64,000 nucleotides of DNA from positions 160,365-224,364 of the forward strand of contig CAYSQJ010000003.1 of the NCBI GenBank assembly GCA_964433345.1, given 5' to 3'. Source of the stretch: an uncultured Bordetella sp. (GTDB taxonomy: Bacteria; Pseudomonadota; Gammaproteobacteria; Burkholderiales; SG8-41). Numbering within the stretch: position 1 is the stretch's first letter; every line of letters begins with the position of its first letter. Under the pieces are notes generated by a model, which saw only the letters and a list, made by a program, of their open reading frames with translations, was not told the origin of the DNA and did not search any database. The position numbers were made by a program, and so were the translations under genes. This document shows positions 16,341 through 24,735 of the stretch, piece after piece.

Positions 16341-16431
16341 CAGGAACCGTGTTTACGGCGGCACCGTCCACAACAAACGCAGCAGGAATGTGCCGCGGCG
16401 CACCAGGAAGGCGGGCTGTCCGGGCGCTGTC

Positions 16432-17127
16432 TCAGGGCAGCTGCGCGCCGTTCATCCGGGCGAGAATGGTCTGGGTGCGGCGTTGCAGGTAGCCGGTGTT
16501 GCTGCCGGGACCGTAGCGGCGCGGACTCGGCACCACCGCGGCAAGACGTGCCGCCTGCTCCGGGGACAACGCGGCCGCGGTTGTCCCGTAGTGGTAACGC
16601 GCCGCAGCCTCGGCACCGAACACACCATCGCCCCATTCGATGACATTGAGATAGATCTCGAGTATCCGCCGCTTGCTCATCACGGTTTCGAGCATCACCG
16701 CGACCACCGCCTCCTGCGCCTTGCGCCACCAGGCCCGCTCCCCGGAGAAGAACAGGTTTTTTGCCAGCTGCTGGGTAATCGTCGAACCGCCGGCGACGAT
16801 TTCGCCCTCGCGCAGGTTCTTTTCGTAGGCTTTCTGGATGCCGTCCCAGTCGAAACCGTTGTGAGTCGCGAATTTCGCGTCCTCGGCGGCCACCACTGCC
16901 CGCTTCAGGTGCACCGAAATCCGCTGGTAGGGCACCCACTGGTGGCGCAGCCGCGCCCGCGGATCATCCTCCCGCAGGATTTCGAGGCGCGCACGCATGA
17001 AAGCCGTGGACTCCGGGTTATTGCCGCTCCAATACCAGACATGCACCAGGAACCAGAACTGCAGTGCGGTCAACACGATCAGCGCCAGCAGGATGATGCG
17101 CCAGGTCCAGCGCAGCAGGAATCTCAT
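16432..17127 (-). CDS. mtgA: monofunctional biosynthetic peptidoglycan transglycosylase
   Basis: N-terminal TM, GT51 motifs EDAKFATHNGFD and GGSTITQQLAKN. Confidence 0.9.
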   Translation of the reverse strand: MRFLLRWTWRIILLALIVLTALQFWFLVHVWYWSGNNPESTAFMRARLEILREDDPRARLRHQWVPYQRISVHLKRAVVAAEDAKFATHNGFDWDGIQKAYEKNLREGEIVAGGSTITQQLAKNLFFSGERAWWRKAQEAVVAVMLETVMSKRRILEIYLNVIEWGDGVFGAEAAARYHYGTTAAALSPEQAARLAAVVPSPRRYGPGSNTGYLQRRTQTILARMNGAQLP

Positions 17128-17136
17128 GGGCAGGAA

Positions 17137-17964
17137 TCAGGCGTCGCCGCGCAGCTGCTCGATCACCGGCGCGGTCTGCGGCCTGATGCCGCGCCAGATG
17201 AAAAACGATTCGGCAGCCTGTTCGACCAGCATGCCCAGACCGTCGGCGCAGGCCGCGCCACGCGCCCGCGCGAATCCGAGGAAGGCCGTTTCACGGCCGT
17301 ACATCATGTCGTAAGCCAGCGCGCCCGGCGCGAACAGGCCGTCGGGCAAGGGCGGCATCGTACCGTCGAGACCCGCCGCAGTGGCGTTGATCACCAGGTC
17401 GAACTGCAGGCCGGACAGGTCCGAGTACGGCCGCGCAGCCAGACCCTGTTCCGCGAACGCGGCGTAGCGCTGAAAGTGGCGCACCAAGGCCTCGGCACGG
17501 TCCGGCGTCCGGTTGGCCACGACCAGAGAGGCAGGCCGGCGCTCGAGCAGGGGCTGCAGCACGCCGTGGGATGCGCCGCCGGCACCCATCAGCAACACCC
17601 GGCGGCCGGCAATCGCGACGCCGAGATTGAACTCCAAATCGCTGACCAGGCCGATGCCGTCCGTGTTATAGCCCAGCAGCTCTCCGCCTTCGAACTTGAT
17701 GGTGTTCACCGCTTCGGCAGCGAGCGCACCACCCTTGCAGCGGTCGACCAGATCCCAGGCCTCGCGCTTGAACGGCACCGTCACGTTCAGCCCATGTCCG
17801 CCTTCATGGAAAAACTCGCGCACCGTATGCTCGAATCGGTCGAGGGGCGCGAGCAGGCGGTCATAGCGGATGTCCTGGCCGGTCTGGCGCGCGAAGGCAG
17901 CATGGATCAGCGGCGACTTGCTGTGGCTGACCGGGTTGCCGATCACTGCATAACGATCACTCAC
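17137..17964 (-). CDS. aroE: shikimate dehydrogenase
   Basis: YAVIGNPVSHSKSP, NVTVPFK, NTDGIG, GAGGA motifs; GTG start at 17964 chosen because upstream gene ends at 17975. Confidence 0.85.
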   Translation of the reverse strand: MSDRYAVIGNPVSHSKSPLIHAAFARQTGQDIRYDRLLAPLDRFEHTVREFFHEGGHGLNVTVPFKREAWDLVDRCKGGALAAEAVNTIKFEGGELLGYNTDGIGLVSDLEFNLGVAIAGRRVLLMGAGGASHGVLQPLLERRPASLVVANRTPDRAEALVRHFQRYAAFAEQGLAARPYSDLSGLQFDLVINATAAGLDGTMPPLPDGLFAPGALAYDMMYGRETAFLGFARARGAACADGLGMLVEQAAESFFIWRGIRPQTAPVIEQLRGDA

Positions 17965-17974
17965 CGCGCCGGGC

Positions 17975-18985
17975 TCACTGGCTGACGAACTGGTCGGCCC
18001 GCGTGAAAGTCCAGGTGCGGGTGATGTGCAGGATATCGGTGTCGCGGGCGATGTTTTCCGGGAAGGCGGCGTAGGGCGCCGCCAGCGTGACGATGCGCAC
18101 CGTTGCCTCGTCGAGCAGCTTGCTGCCGGAAGAGCGGTCGATCTGCACCCGCTCCAGGCTGCCATTGGCCTTGATCGATACCGTCGCCACCAGGCTGCCG
18201 TAGATGCGCTGCTCGCGCGCCGCATGCGGATAGTTCAGTTCGCCGATGCGTTCGATCTTCTGCCGCCAGTCCTCGACATAGCGCGCAAAACGGTATTCCT
18301 GGGTGCGCGCCCCGACGAATTTGCGGCGCGGGCGCTCCTGGTAGGCGTTCCAGTCCTTGCTGATTTGTGCTTCCAGACGCGCGATGGCGAGGCTGCGCTG
18401 AACCAGATCGGTGGCGTTCACCGTCGGCGCCTTCTCATTTGCCTGCGGCGACGGTTTGTCCGGGGTGCTGGCCACTTCGCTCTTCGCGCCCTTTTTGGTC
18501 AACAGCTCGCGGGCCTCCCGCTCCAGTTCCGCCACCCGCTTCTGCGCCAGCTGCAGTTCGGTGGTCTGGGTGTCGCGGGTCGTCGCCGGCAAGGGGCTTT
18601 TCGCGCGCTGCGGGGTGTCGGCATTGCCGCCGCCATCAAGATTGTGCTGGGCCAGAGCATCGGCTTTCGCCGGCTTCGCCGGGGATTTCGCATTGACCAG
18701 CACCACCTCCAACGGCGCCGAGTTCTGCAACTGGCGCAGTTCGGGCACCGTGAACGTCAGCCCGAAAATGACAAAAGCGTGGAATAGCAGCGACACCGCG
18801 CCGGCCGCGCCGAACCGCGTGCGCACGGTCATCCGCGCATAACGGCGGTCGAAATCGGCAATACGCCGTTCCACTTCCGCAACGCGCGCGTCCAAGCGGT
18901 CCACCGCGCTCGCCCAGGAACCGCGGCGTGGATGTTTCGCACGACGCGGCAGGTCAAACACGCGGGCAATGGGCTTCGGACTCAT
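17975..18985 (-). CDS. TonB C-terminal domain-containing membrane protein
   Basis: 336 aa; single TM (AVSLLFHAFVIFGLTF), Lys/Pro/Ala-rich and coiled-coil linker, TonB_C-like end (YP..A......G.V...V.I...G....V.I..SSG...LD.A). Confidence 0.7.
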   Translation of the reverse strand: MSPKPIARVFDLPRRAKHPRRGSWASAVDRLDARVAEVERRIADFDRRYARMTVRTRFGAAGAVSLLFHAFVIFGLTFTVPELRQLQNSAPLEVVLVNAKSPAKPAKADALAQHNLDGGGNADTPQRAKSPLPATTRDTQTTELQLAQKRVAELEREARELLTKKGAKSEVASTPDKPSPQANEKAPTVNATDLVQRSLAIARLEAQISKDWNAYQERPRRKFVGARTQEYRFARYVEDWRQKIERIGELNYPHAAREQRIYGSLVATVSIKANGSLERVQIDRSSGSKLLDEATVRIVTLAAPYAAFPENIARDTDILHITRTWTFTRADQFVSQ

Positions 18986-18991
18986 GCCGCT

Positions 18992-19019
18992 ATTCTAGAC
19001 AAGGCCGGGGAAATGGCAA
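18992..19019 (-). promoter_or_regulatory. candidate sigma70 promoter giving a leaderless TonB-like mRNA
   Basis: minus strand TTGCCA-N16-TAGAAT-AGCGGC-ATG(18985). Confidence 0.45.
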
Positions 19020-19028
19020 TAAAAACTC

Positions 19029-19045
19029 TAATTATCAGATAATTA
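19029..19045. promoter_or_regulatory. perfect 17-bp AT-rich palindrome
   Basis: TAATTATC-A-GATAATTA, centred about 52 bp upstream of the TonB-like start. Confidence 0.4.
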
Positions 19046-19101
19046 AGATTGTTGTTTAAAGTCGACTCTAGATTTTGACCTGGGGTTGGCATCCACTCAC
19101 A

Positions 19102-20955
19102 TCAGAGCGTATCCAAGACTTTTCTGAATTCCAGTTCGACCCCCAGATCCAGCAAGTCAAGCGCACCGACCGCCAGTTCGACCCGCGCGCCAGGCAGGGC
19201 GTTCACCAGCGAGGGCACGCGCTGGACTATCGGCACCGCGTCGAGCCGCACCAGATTTTCCCGGATCACCGTGCCGCTTACCGCCGCCAGTTGCTCCTGC
19301 TGCAACCAGCGCAGGCTCCAGTAGCGCTCCATGCCGCGCTGGAACTCGCCGTAGATTTCGTAGGCGGCCTCGAAATCGCGCATGGCCGCCAACAGCGCGC
19401 TGTCCTTGCCGGCGTATACCGGCGGTTCGCCGCGCACCCGCGCGATCAGCTGGCGCTGGTTGACCAGGTCGGCATAGCGGCGCAGCGGCGATGTCGCCCA
19501 CAGGTACTGCGCGACGCCCAGTCCGTCGTGCGGACCGGCTGCAGTGCTGGTGCGCACCTTGCCGCCGTTCTGCACGCGGTAGAGAGCCGGCTGGCCGGCG
19601 GCGTGCAATTCGCCGGCCCAGGTGCTGTTGGCGAGAATCATCAGTTCGGCCACCGACTGGTCGATCGGGGTACCGCGGGGACGCCGGCCAATGGTCACCC
19701 GACCGCTGGCGTCCACCTGAAAGGTGAATTCGGGCCGGTCCTGCTGCGGGGGCGCATCACCCTTGCGCGCATGCAGCCGGCTGCCCGAGAACTGCCACAG
19801 CCAGGCCAGCGCCTCGCCCTGCGGATGGTCAATCGCGCCGCCGGCAGCCAGCACAGCGGCGTTGAACACCGGCTCCAGCGCATCGTGGCGCAGATTGCCG
19901 GCGATGCGCACGCGCTCGATGCGGGTCTCGTGGGACAGGATCGAAAAATCCGCGGCAATATCGAAATAGATCGACAGCGCCGGGCATTCGCGCCCCGCCG
20001 CCAGCGTATAAGCCTCCACCGCGGCATCGGGCAGCATCGTGATCTTGCCGCCGGGAAAATAAACCGTCGACAGGCGCTCGCGTGCCACCGCTTCCAGCGG
20101 CGTATCCGGCACGATGCCCAGCGCCGGCGCGGCAATGTGGATACCGAGCCGGCGCGCGCCGCCGGGCAGCATCTGCAGCGAAAACGCATCGTCGATCTCG
20201 GTCGTTGCCGCGTCGTCGATGCTGTAGGCCTCGACTTCCGCCAGCTGCAGTCCTTCCGGCAGCGGTACCGGCGGCAACTCGGGGAATCCGGCGCCGCGCG
20301 GGAAGTGCTCGTGCAGGAAGCGGTTCAGGTGGTAAGCGTGGATGTCCGGCAGCGCCCCGCAACGTTCGAGCAGACGCACCGGCGTCAGCTTCGCCGCGGC
20401 GGCAGCCTCCTCCAGTGCCTTCCACTCGATGCCGTTCCTGTCCGGCTTGTAGAGCAGCTGGTCCAGCAGCGGCGTGAAGGCCCGGGGCAGTTTTTGCGCG
20501 GACAGTTCGGCCACATACGCCGCCTTGGCCTCGGCCTGCAGCCTCTTGCGTTCGACACTCGCCAGCGCCGCCTTCAGCGCTTCCTCGGGCGCCGCCCTGT
20601 AATGGCCGCGGCCCTTCTTGTAGAAATACATCGGCGCGCCGTGCAGGCGCATCAGCACCGCCGCCGATTCCACCGCCGACGGCACATGGCCGAAATATTC
20701 GGCGGCCAGTCCCTCGTAGCCGAACTCCTCCGCCCCGCAGCACTGCCACAGGAAATCGACATCGATGGCATCGGCCTCGCGCTGCGCCTCGGCCATGAAC
20801 ACGTTGTGGGCCGGCGATTCGAAACGCAGCAGTACAGCGGAAGACTTGACCTTGGAGCGCTTGCCATGGGGCGCTTCGACCTGCAGCGAAGTGTCGTTGT
20901 CGGCCATCACCAGGCCAACCTTGAATTCGCCGCTTTCTTCGTAAAAAACGTTCAT
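19102..20955 (-). CDS. RNB-domain exoribonuclease (RNase II/R family)
   Basis: 617 aa; RNB catalytic motif YSIDDAATTEIDDAFS and downstream RNB conserved blocks. Confidence 0.8.
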   Translation of the reverse strand: MNVFYEESGEFKVGLVMADNDTSLQVEAPHGKRSKVKSSAVLLRFESPAHNVFMAEAQREADAIDVDFLWQCCGAEEFGYEGLAAEYFGHVPSAVESAAVLMRLHGAPMYFYKKGRGHYRAAPEEALKAALASVERKRLQAEAKAAYVAELSAQKLPRAFTPLLDQLLYKPDRNGIEWKALEEAAAAAKLTPVRLLERCGALPDIHAYHLNRFLHEHFPRGAGFPELPPVPLPEGLQLAEVEAYSIDDAATTEIDDAFSLQMLPGGARRLGIHIAAPALGIVPDTPLEAVARERLSTVYFPGGKITMLPDAAVEAYTLAAGRECPALSIYFDIAADFSILSHETRIERVRIAGNLRHDALEPVFNAAVLAAGGAIDHPQGEALAWLWQFSGSRLHARKGDAPPQQDRPEFTFQVDASGRVTIGRRPRGTPIDQSVAELMILANSTWAGELHAAGQPALYRVQNGGKVRTSTAAGPHDGLGVAQYLWATSPLRRYADLVNQRQLIARVRGEPPVYAGKDSALLAAMRDFEAAYEIYGEFQRGMERYWSLRWLQQEQLAAVSGTVIRENLVRLDAVPIVQRVPSLVNALPGARVELAVGALDLLDLGVELEFRKVLDTL

Positions 20956-20966
20956 GTGTTTTTAAT

Positions 20967-21042
20967 TCCCCCTCGCCCCGCTTGCGGGGGAGGGTCGGTG
21001 TGAGGGGCTACCGGAAAACAGTGAGTGACAGCGGGTTTCCGG
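20967..21042. repeat. related GTGAGG-containing structured spacer (yqiA/RNB)
   Basis: CCCCCTCGCCCCGC-TTGC-GGGGGAGGG hairpin, GGTGTGAGGGG, CCGGAAAAC...GGTTTCCGG stem. Confidence 0.5.
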
Positions 21043-21063
21043 ACGTAAAAGCAGGGCCGCGAA

Positions 21064-21651
21064 TTATACGCGCCCGCGCTGCCAGAACCTGACGACGGTA
21101 TCGAGGTAAGCGGAGAACCCGCGGAATCCGTGATCGCTGCCCGGCACGACGATCTGCTCGCAGCCGGCATAACGTTCGACGCCGGCGCGGTAATCCAGCA
21201 CTTCGTCACCGGTGGCGGTGATCAGCAGATAACGCGAAGGCGTGATGGTTTCCACCTCCAGCGCACGCAGCCCGGCAATGTGCTGCGGGGTCAGCTCATA
21301 AGCCTCGCCGGTGTAGAGGTTTTTCTGCGGGCCGAGATAGCCGGCAAGCAACTGATACGGCTTCACCGCAGGATTGACCAGCACCGCGCGCGCGCCGAAG
21401 CGCTCGACCAGCGCCGTCGCATAAAATCCGCCGAGCGAGGAACCCACCAGCGTCACGCCGCGCGGATCCTGCAGCGAGATGAGCGTCTCGAGCTGCTCCA
21501 TCGCCTCGTTCGGCCGGTGCGACAGTTCGGGGCAGACGTAGTGATCGGCCAGCCCCAGCTTTGCCATGTGTTCGCGCAGCAGGCCGGCCTTGTACGACAG
21601 CGCGGAGCTGTTGAAGCCGTGGATGTAAATCAGCACTGTCTCAAGCGGCAA
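21064..21651 (-). CDS. yqiA: YqiA/YcfP-family alpha/beta hydrolase (esterase)
   Basis: IYIHGFNSS, nucleophile elbow GSSLGG, C-terminal GSDHGF; start ambiguous (TTG 21651, GTG 21636 or ATG 21681). Confidence 0.7.
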   Translation of the reverse strand: MPLETVLIYIHGFNSSALSYKAGLLREHMAKLGLADHYVCPELSHRPNEAMEQLETLISLQDPRGVTLVGSSLGGFYATALVERFGARAVLVNPAVKPYQLLAGYLGPQKNLYTGEAYELTPQHIAGLRALEVETITPSRYLLITATGDEVLDYRAGVERYAGCEQIVVPGSDHGFRGFSAYLDTVVRFWQRGRV

Positions 21652-22819
21652 TTCGCCGCGCCAGCGCCAGCAGCAGTACATCGTTGCCCCGCCCGGCAAG
21701 CAGCGACAGGCCCAGCGGACAACCGTTCAGTGTCGCCAGCGGCAAGGTCACCTGCGGCAGCCCGGCGAGGCCGGCAATGCACAGCAGGCTCATCGCCCGC
21801 GCGCGGAAATCGTCGAGCTGCGCCGGCGGCGTGTTCAGCAGCGGCGCGATGTCGGGTACCGTCGGCAGCAGCAGCACGGCGTTGTTCGCGAGCAGCGCGT
21901 CCATGCGCGCGCGCGCCGCATCGCGCATGGCCTGCGCCTGCGCGATCTCCGCGTGTTTGATCGTTGCCGTCCACTCGATGCGTTCCTTCACGCCCGGGCC
22001 CAACTTCGGCTTCACCTGCGCAACCCATTCCCCCAGTTGCGTATGGACCTCCGCACCCTGCAGCACGCGGAAGGCCTGGAACCACTGCGGCAGGCCTTCG
22101 GCACTGACAGTCACCTTTCGCGGTACACCCAGCACCGCTGTTGCGCGATCCAGCGCGGGCTGCAGGGCTTCGCCTGCTGCGGAATCCAGCAACGCAAAAG
22201 CATCCTCGGCCAGCAGCACGGGACCCTGCGCGGGCAACGGCGAATCGCCGAGCAGCACACGCCCGACGCGTTCGAGCAGCGCCGCGTCGCGCGCGAACCA
22301 GCCCGCGGTGTCGAAGCTTTTCGCGAGGGCACAGACACCTTCGAGCGAAACACGGCCGTGAGTCGGCCGGATGCCGTAGAGCCCGCAGAAACTCGCCGGT
22401 GCGCGTACTGATCCGCCGGTGTCGCTGCCCAGCGCAAAATCGACCAGTCCGCCGGCGACCGCCGCAGCCGAGCCGCTGGAGGAGCCGCCGGGAATGCGTC
22501 CCGGCGCGTTGACGTTCACCGGGGTGCCGTAATGCGCGTTTTCGCCATTGAGGCTGTAGGTCAGCTCGTCGGTCTGGGTCTTGCCAGGCATGTCGGCGCC
22601 GGCGGCGAGCAACGCAGCCACGGTTGGCGCAGTACGCGTCGCCGGTTCATGCGTCGCCAGCCAGTCGGGGCTGCCGAAGCCGGTCTTGTGCCCGGCGATG
22701 TCGTAAATGTCCTTGACGCCGAAACTGAGCCCCTTGAGCGGACCGCTGCCGGAACCTTTCAGCGCGACATGGGTATGGCGGCAGAACGCGCCGAGTGCGT
22801 CGTCGGGTATGTCGGCCAT
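21641..22819 (-). CDS. amidase-signature family amidase (short, AMI1/Toc64-like subfamily)
   Basis: 392 aa; GVKDIYDIAGHKTGFGSPDW, GGSSSGSAAAVA, GSDTGGSVRAPA. Confidence 0.85.
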   Translation of the reverse strand: MADIPDDALGAFCRHTHVALKGSGSGPLKGLSFGVKDIYDIAGHKTGFGSPDWLATHEPATRTAPTVAALLAAGADMPGKTQTDELTYSLNGENAHYGTPVNVNAPGRIPGGSSSGSAAAVAGGLVDFALGSDTGGSVRAPASFCGLYGIRPTHGRVSLEGVCALAKSFDTAGWFARDAALLERVGRVLLGDSPLPAQGPVLLAEDAFALLDSAAGEALQPALDRATAVLGVPRKVTVSAEGLPQWFQAFRVLQGAEVHTQLGEWVAQVKPKLGPGVKERIEWTATIKHAEIAQAQAMRDAARARMDALLANNAVLLLPTVPDIAPLLNTPPAQLDDFRARAMSLLCIAGLAGLPQVTLPLATLNGCPLGLSLLAGRGNDVLLLALARRIAA

Positions 22820-22821
22820 GA

Positions 22822-24168
22822 TCAGCGCGCGAGCTGTTCCAGCAGCTTGCCGTGGATGCCGCCAAAGCCGCCGTTGCTCATCACCAGCACGTGGTCGCCG
22901 TCGCGCGCGGCCGCGGCAATCGCGGCAGTCATCGCGTCAAGATCCTCATGCACCGCGGCCTTCGCGCCCAGCGGAGCCAGCGCCTCGGCGGCGTTCCAGC
23001 CCAGCCCGCCACCGTAGCAATAGACGAGATCGGCATCCTTCAGGCTGCCCGGCAGCGCCTGCTTCATGACGCCGAGCTTCATCGTGTTCGAACGCGGCTC
23101 GATCACGGCAAGAATGCGTGCAGCGCCGACCTTGCGCCGCAGCCCGGCGATGGTGGTGGCGATCGCCGTAGGATGATGTGCAAAATCGTCGTAAACCGTG
23201 ATGCCACGCTCGGTGCCGCGGATTTCCATCCTGCGGCGGACGTTCCTGAACTGGCTGAGCGCGTCGACCGCGCCGGCCGCCGGCACGCCGGCATGGCGCG
23301 CGGCGGCAATCGCCGCCAGCGCATTCATCCGGTTATGCGCTCCGATCAGGTCCCACAGCACGCGGCCGCGCGAGGCATTCTCGTGGAACACCTCGAAGCT
23401 GCCGCCATCGTCGGGCTCACCGGCCTGCCAGGCACCCTCGCCGCCGAAACGCTCCACCGGTGTCCAAGCGCCGCGCGCCAGCACGCGATCCAGCGCGGGC
23501 TCCGCGCCGTGGGCAACGATCAGTCCGTTGCCGGGTACGGTGCGTACCAGGTGGTGGAACTGGGTCTCGATCGCGGCGAGATCGGGAAAGATGTCGGCGT
23601 GATCGTACTCGAGATTGTTCAGCACGAGGGTACGCGGTGCGTAGTGCACGAACTTCGAGCGCTTGTCGAAAAATGCGGTGTCGTACTCGTCGGCCTCGAT
23701 CACGAAAAACGGTGTCTCGGTCAGTCGCGCCGAGATGCCGAAGTTCTGCGGTACGCCGCCGATCAGGAAACCGGGGTTGAGCCCGGCATGCTCGAGGATC
23801 CACGCCAGCATCGAGCTGGTGGTGGTCTTGCCGTGAGTGCCCGCCACCGCCAGCACCCAGCGTCCCTGCAGTACATGCTCGCGCAGCCACTGCGGACCGG
23901 AAACGTAGGGCAAACCGCGGTTGAGGATGGCCTCCATCAGCGGATTGCCGCGGGTCACCACATTGCCGATCACGAACAGATCGGGATTGAGATTCACCTG
24001 ATCCGCCTCGTAACCGGTGATCAGCCTGATGCCCTGCGCCTCGAGCTGCGTGCTCATCGGCGGATAGACATTGGCGTCGCAGCCTGTAACCGTATGGCCC
24101 GCCGCACGCGCGATCACCGCGAGACCGCCCATGAAGGTGCCGCAGATGCCGAGGATGTGGATGTGCAT
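22822..24168 (-). CDS. mpl: UDP-N-acetylmuramate:L-alanyl-gamma-D-glutamyl-meso-DAP ligase
   Basis: 448 aa; MHIHILGICGTFMGGLA N-terminus and Mur-ligase GTHGKTTT motif. Confidence 0.9.
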   Translation of the reverse strand: MHIHILGICGTFMGGLAVIARAAGHTVTGCDANVYPPMSTQLEAQGIRLITGYEADQVNLNPDLFVIGNVVTRGNPLMEAILNRGLPYVSGPQWLREHVLQGRWVLAVAGTHGKTTTSSMLAWILEHAGLNPGFLIGGVPQNFGISARLTETPFFVIEADEYDTAFFDKRSKFVHYAPRTLVLNNLEYDHADIFPDLAAIETQFHHLVRTVPGNGLIVAHGAEPALDRVLARGAWTPVERFGGEGAWQAGEPDDGGSFEVFHENASRGRVLWDLIGAHNRMNALAAIAAARHAGVPAAGAVDALSQFRNVRRRMEIRGTERGITVYDDFAHHPTAIATTIAGLRRKVGAARILAVIEPRSNTMKLGVMKQALPGSLKDADLVYCYGGGLGWNAAEALAPLGAKAAVHEDLDAMTAAIAAAARDGDHVLVMSNGGFGGIHGKLLEQLAR

Positions 24169-24191
24169 GATGGGTGCGGAGGATAGCAGAT

Positions 24192-24298
24192 GAGTAAGGC
24201 GTGAGGGGTCAGGTGTGAGGGGTGAAAAACAAGGGACAAAGCCCCTCTCATCACTCCTTACGCCTCACGCCTCACGCCTCACGCCTCACGCCTCACGC
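24192..24298. repeat. heptamer-periodic palindromic element with 5.4 tandem CGCCTCA units (DMT/mpl spacer)
   Basis: GAGTAAGGCGTGAGGGGTCAGGTGTGAGGGGTGA ... TCATCACTCCTTA(CGCCTCA)x5CGC. Confidence 0.85.
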
Positions 24299-24306
24299 TT
24301 TACATC

Positions 24307-24657
24307 TCACGACTTGAAAATAAAATAGACCGCGCCCAGCAGGCAAAGTCCTGCGTACAGGTAATTCATCTTCAGCCCTTGTCCCATGTACAGGATTGCG
24401 AAAGGCACGAACACCGTCAGCGTGATGACTTCCTGCAGGATTTTCAGTTGCGCGAGGCTCAGCGTGGTGTAGCCGATGCGGTTGGCGGGCACCTGCAGCA
24501 GGTATTCGAACAGCGCGATGCCCCAGGACACGAAGGCCGCGATCCACCAGGGCGAGCTGTTGAGGTGTTTCAGGTGGCCGTACCAGGCGAAGGTCATGAA
24601 CACATTGGAAGCGGTCAGCAGAACAACGGTGGTCAGCAGCGGCGGCACTGAAGTCAT
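24307..24657 (-). CDS. DMT-superfamily small membrane protein (DUF486-like)
   Basis: 116 aa, 4 TM; NVFMTFAWYGHLK motif. Confidence 0.75.
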   Translation of the reverse strand: MTSVPPLLTTVVLLTASNVFMTFAWYGHLKHLNSSPWWIAAFVSWGIALFEYLLQVPANRIGYTTLSLAQLKILQEVITLTVFVPFAILYMGQGLKMNYLYAGLCLLGAVYFIFKS

Positions 24658-24723
24658 ATCGTAACCATTTGTTTTAATTGATATTTATATGGCTCTCATT
24701 GTAGCGCAGAAACCCTGCGGCCC

Positions 24724-24735
24724 TATAATGCCGGC
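24724..24735 (+). promoter_or_regulatory. -10 hexamer 6 nt upstream of the CobW-like start codon
   Basis: TATAAT-GCCGGC-ATG; only a weak -35 (TTGTAG, 19-nt spacer). Confidence 0.35.

Noticed and set aside
24261-24298. Tandem CGCCTCA repeats considered as a possible CRISPR-like array
   Set aside because: The period is 7 bp with no spacers and no cas genes. It is a microsatellite-like arm of the palindromic element.
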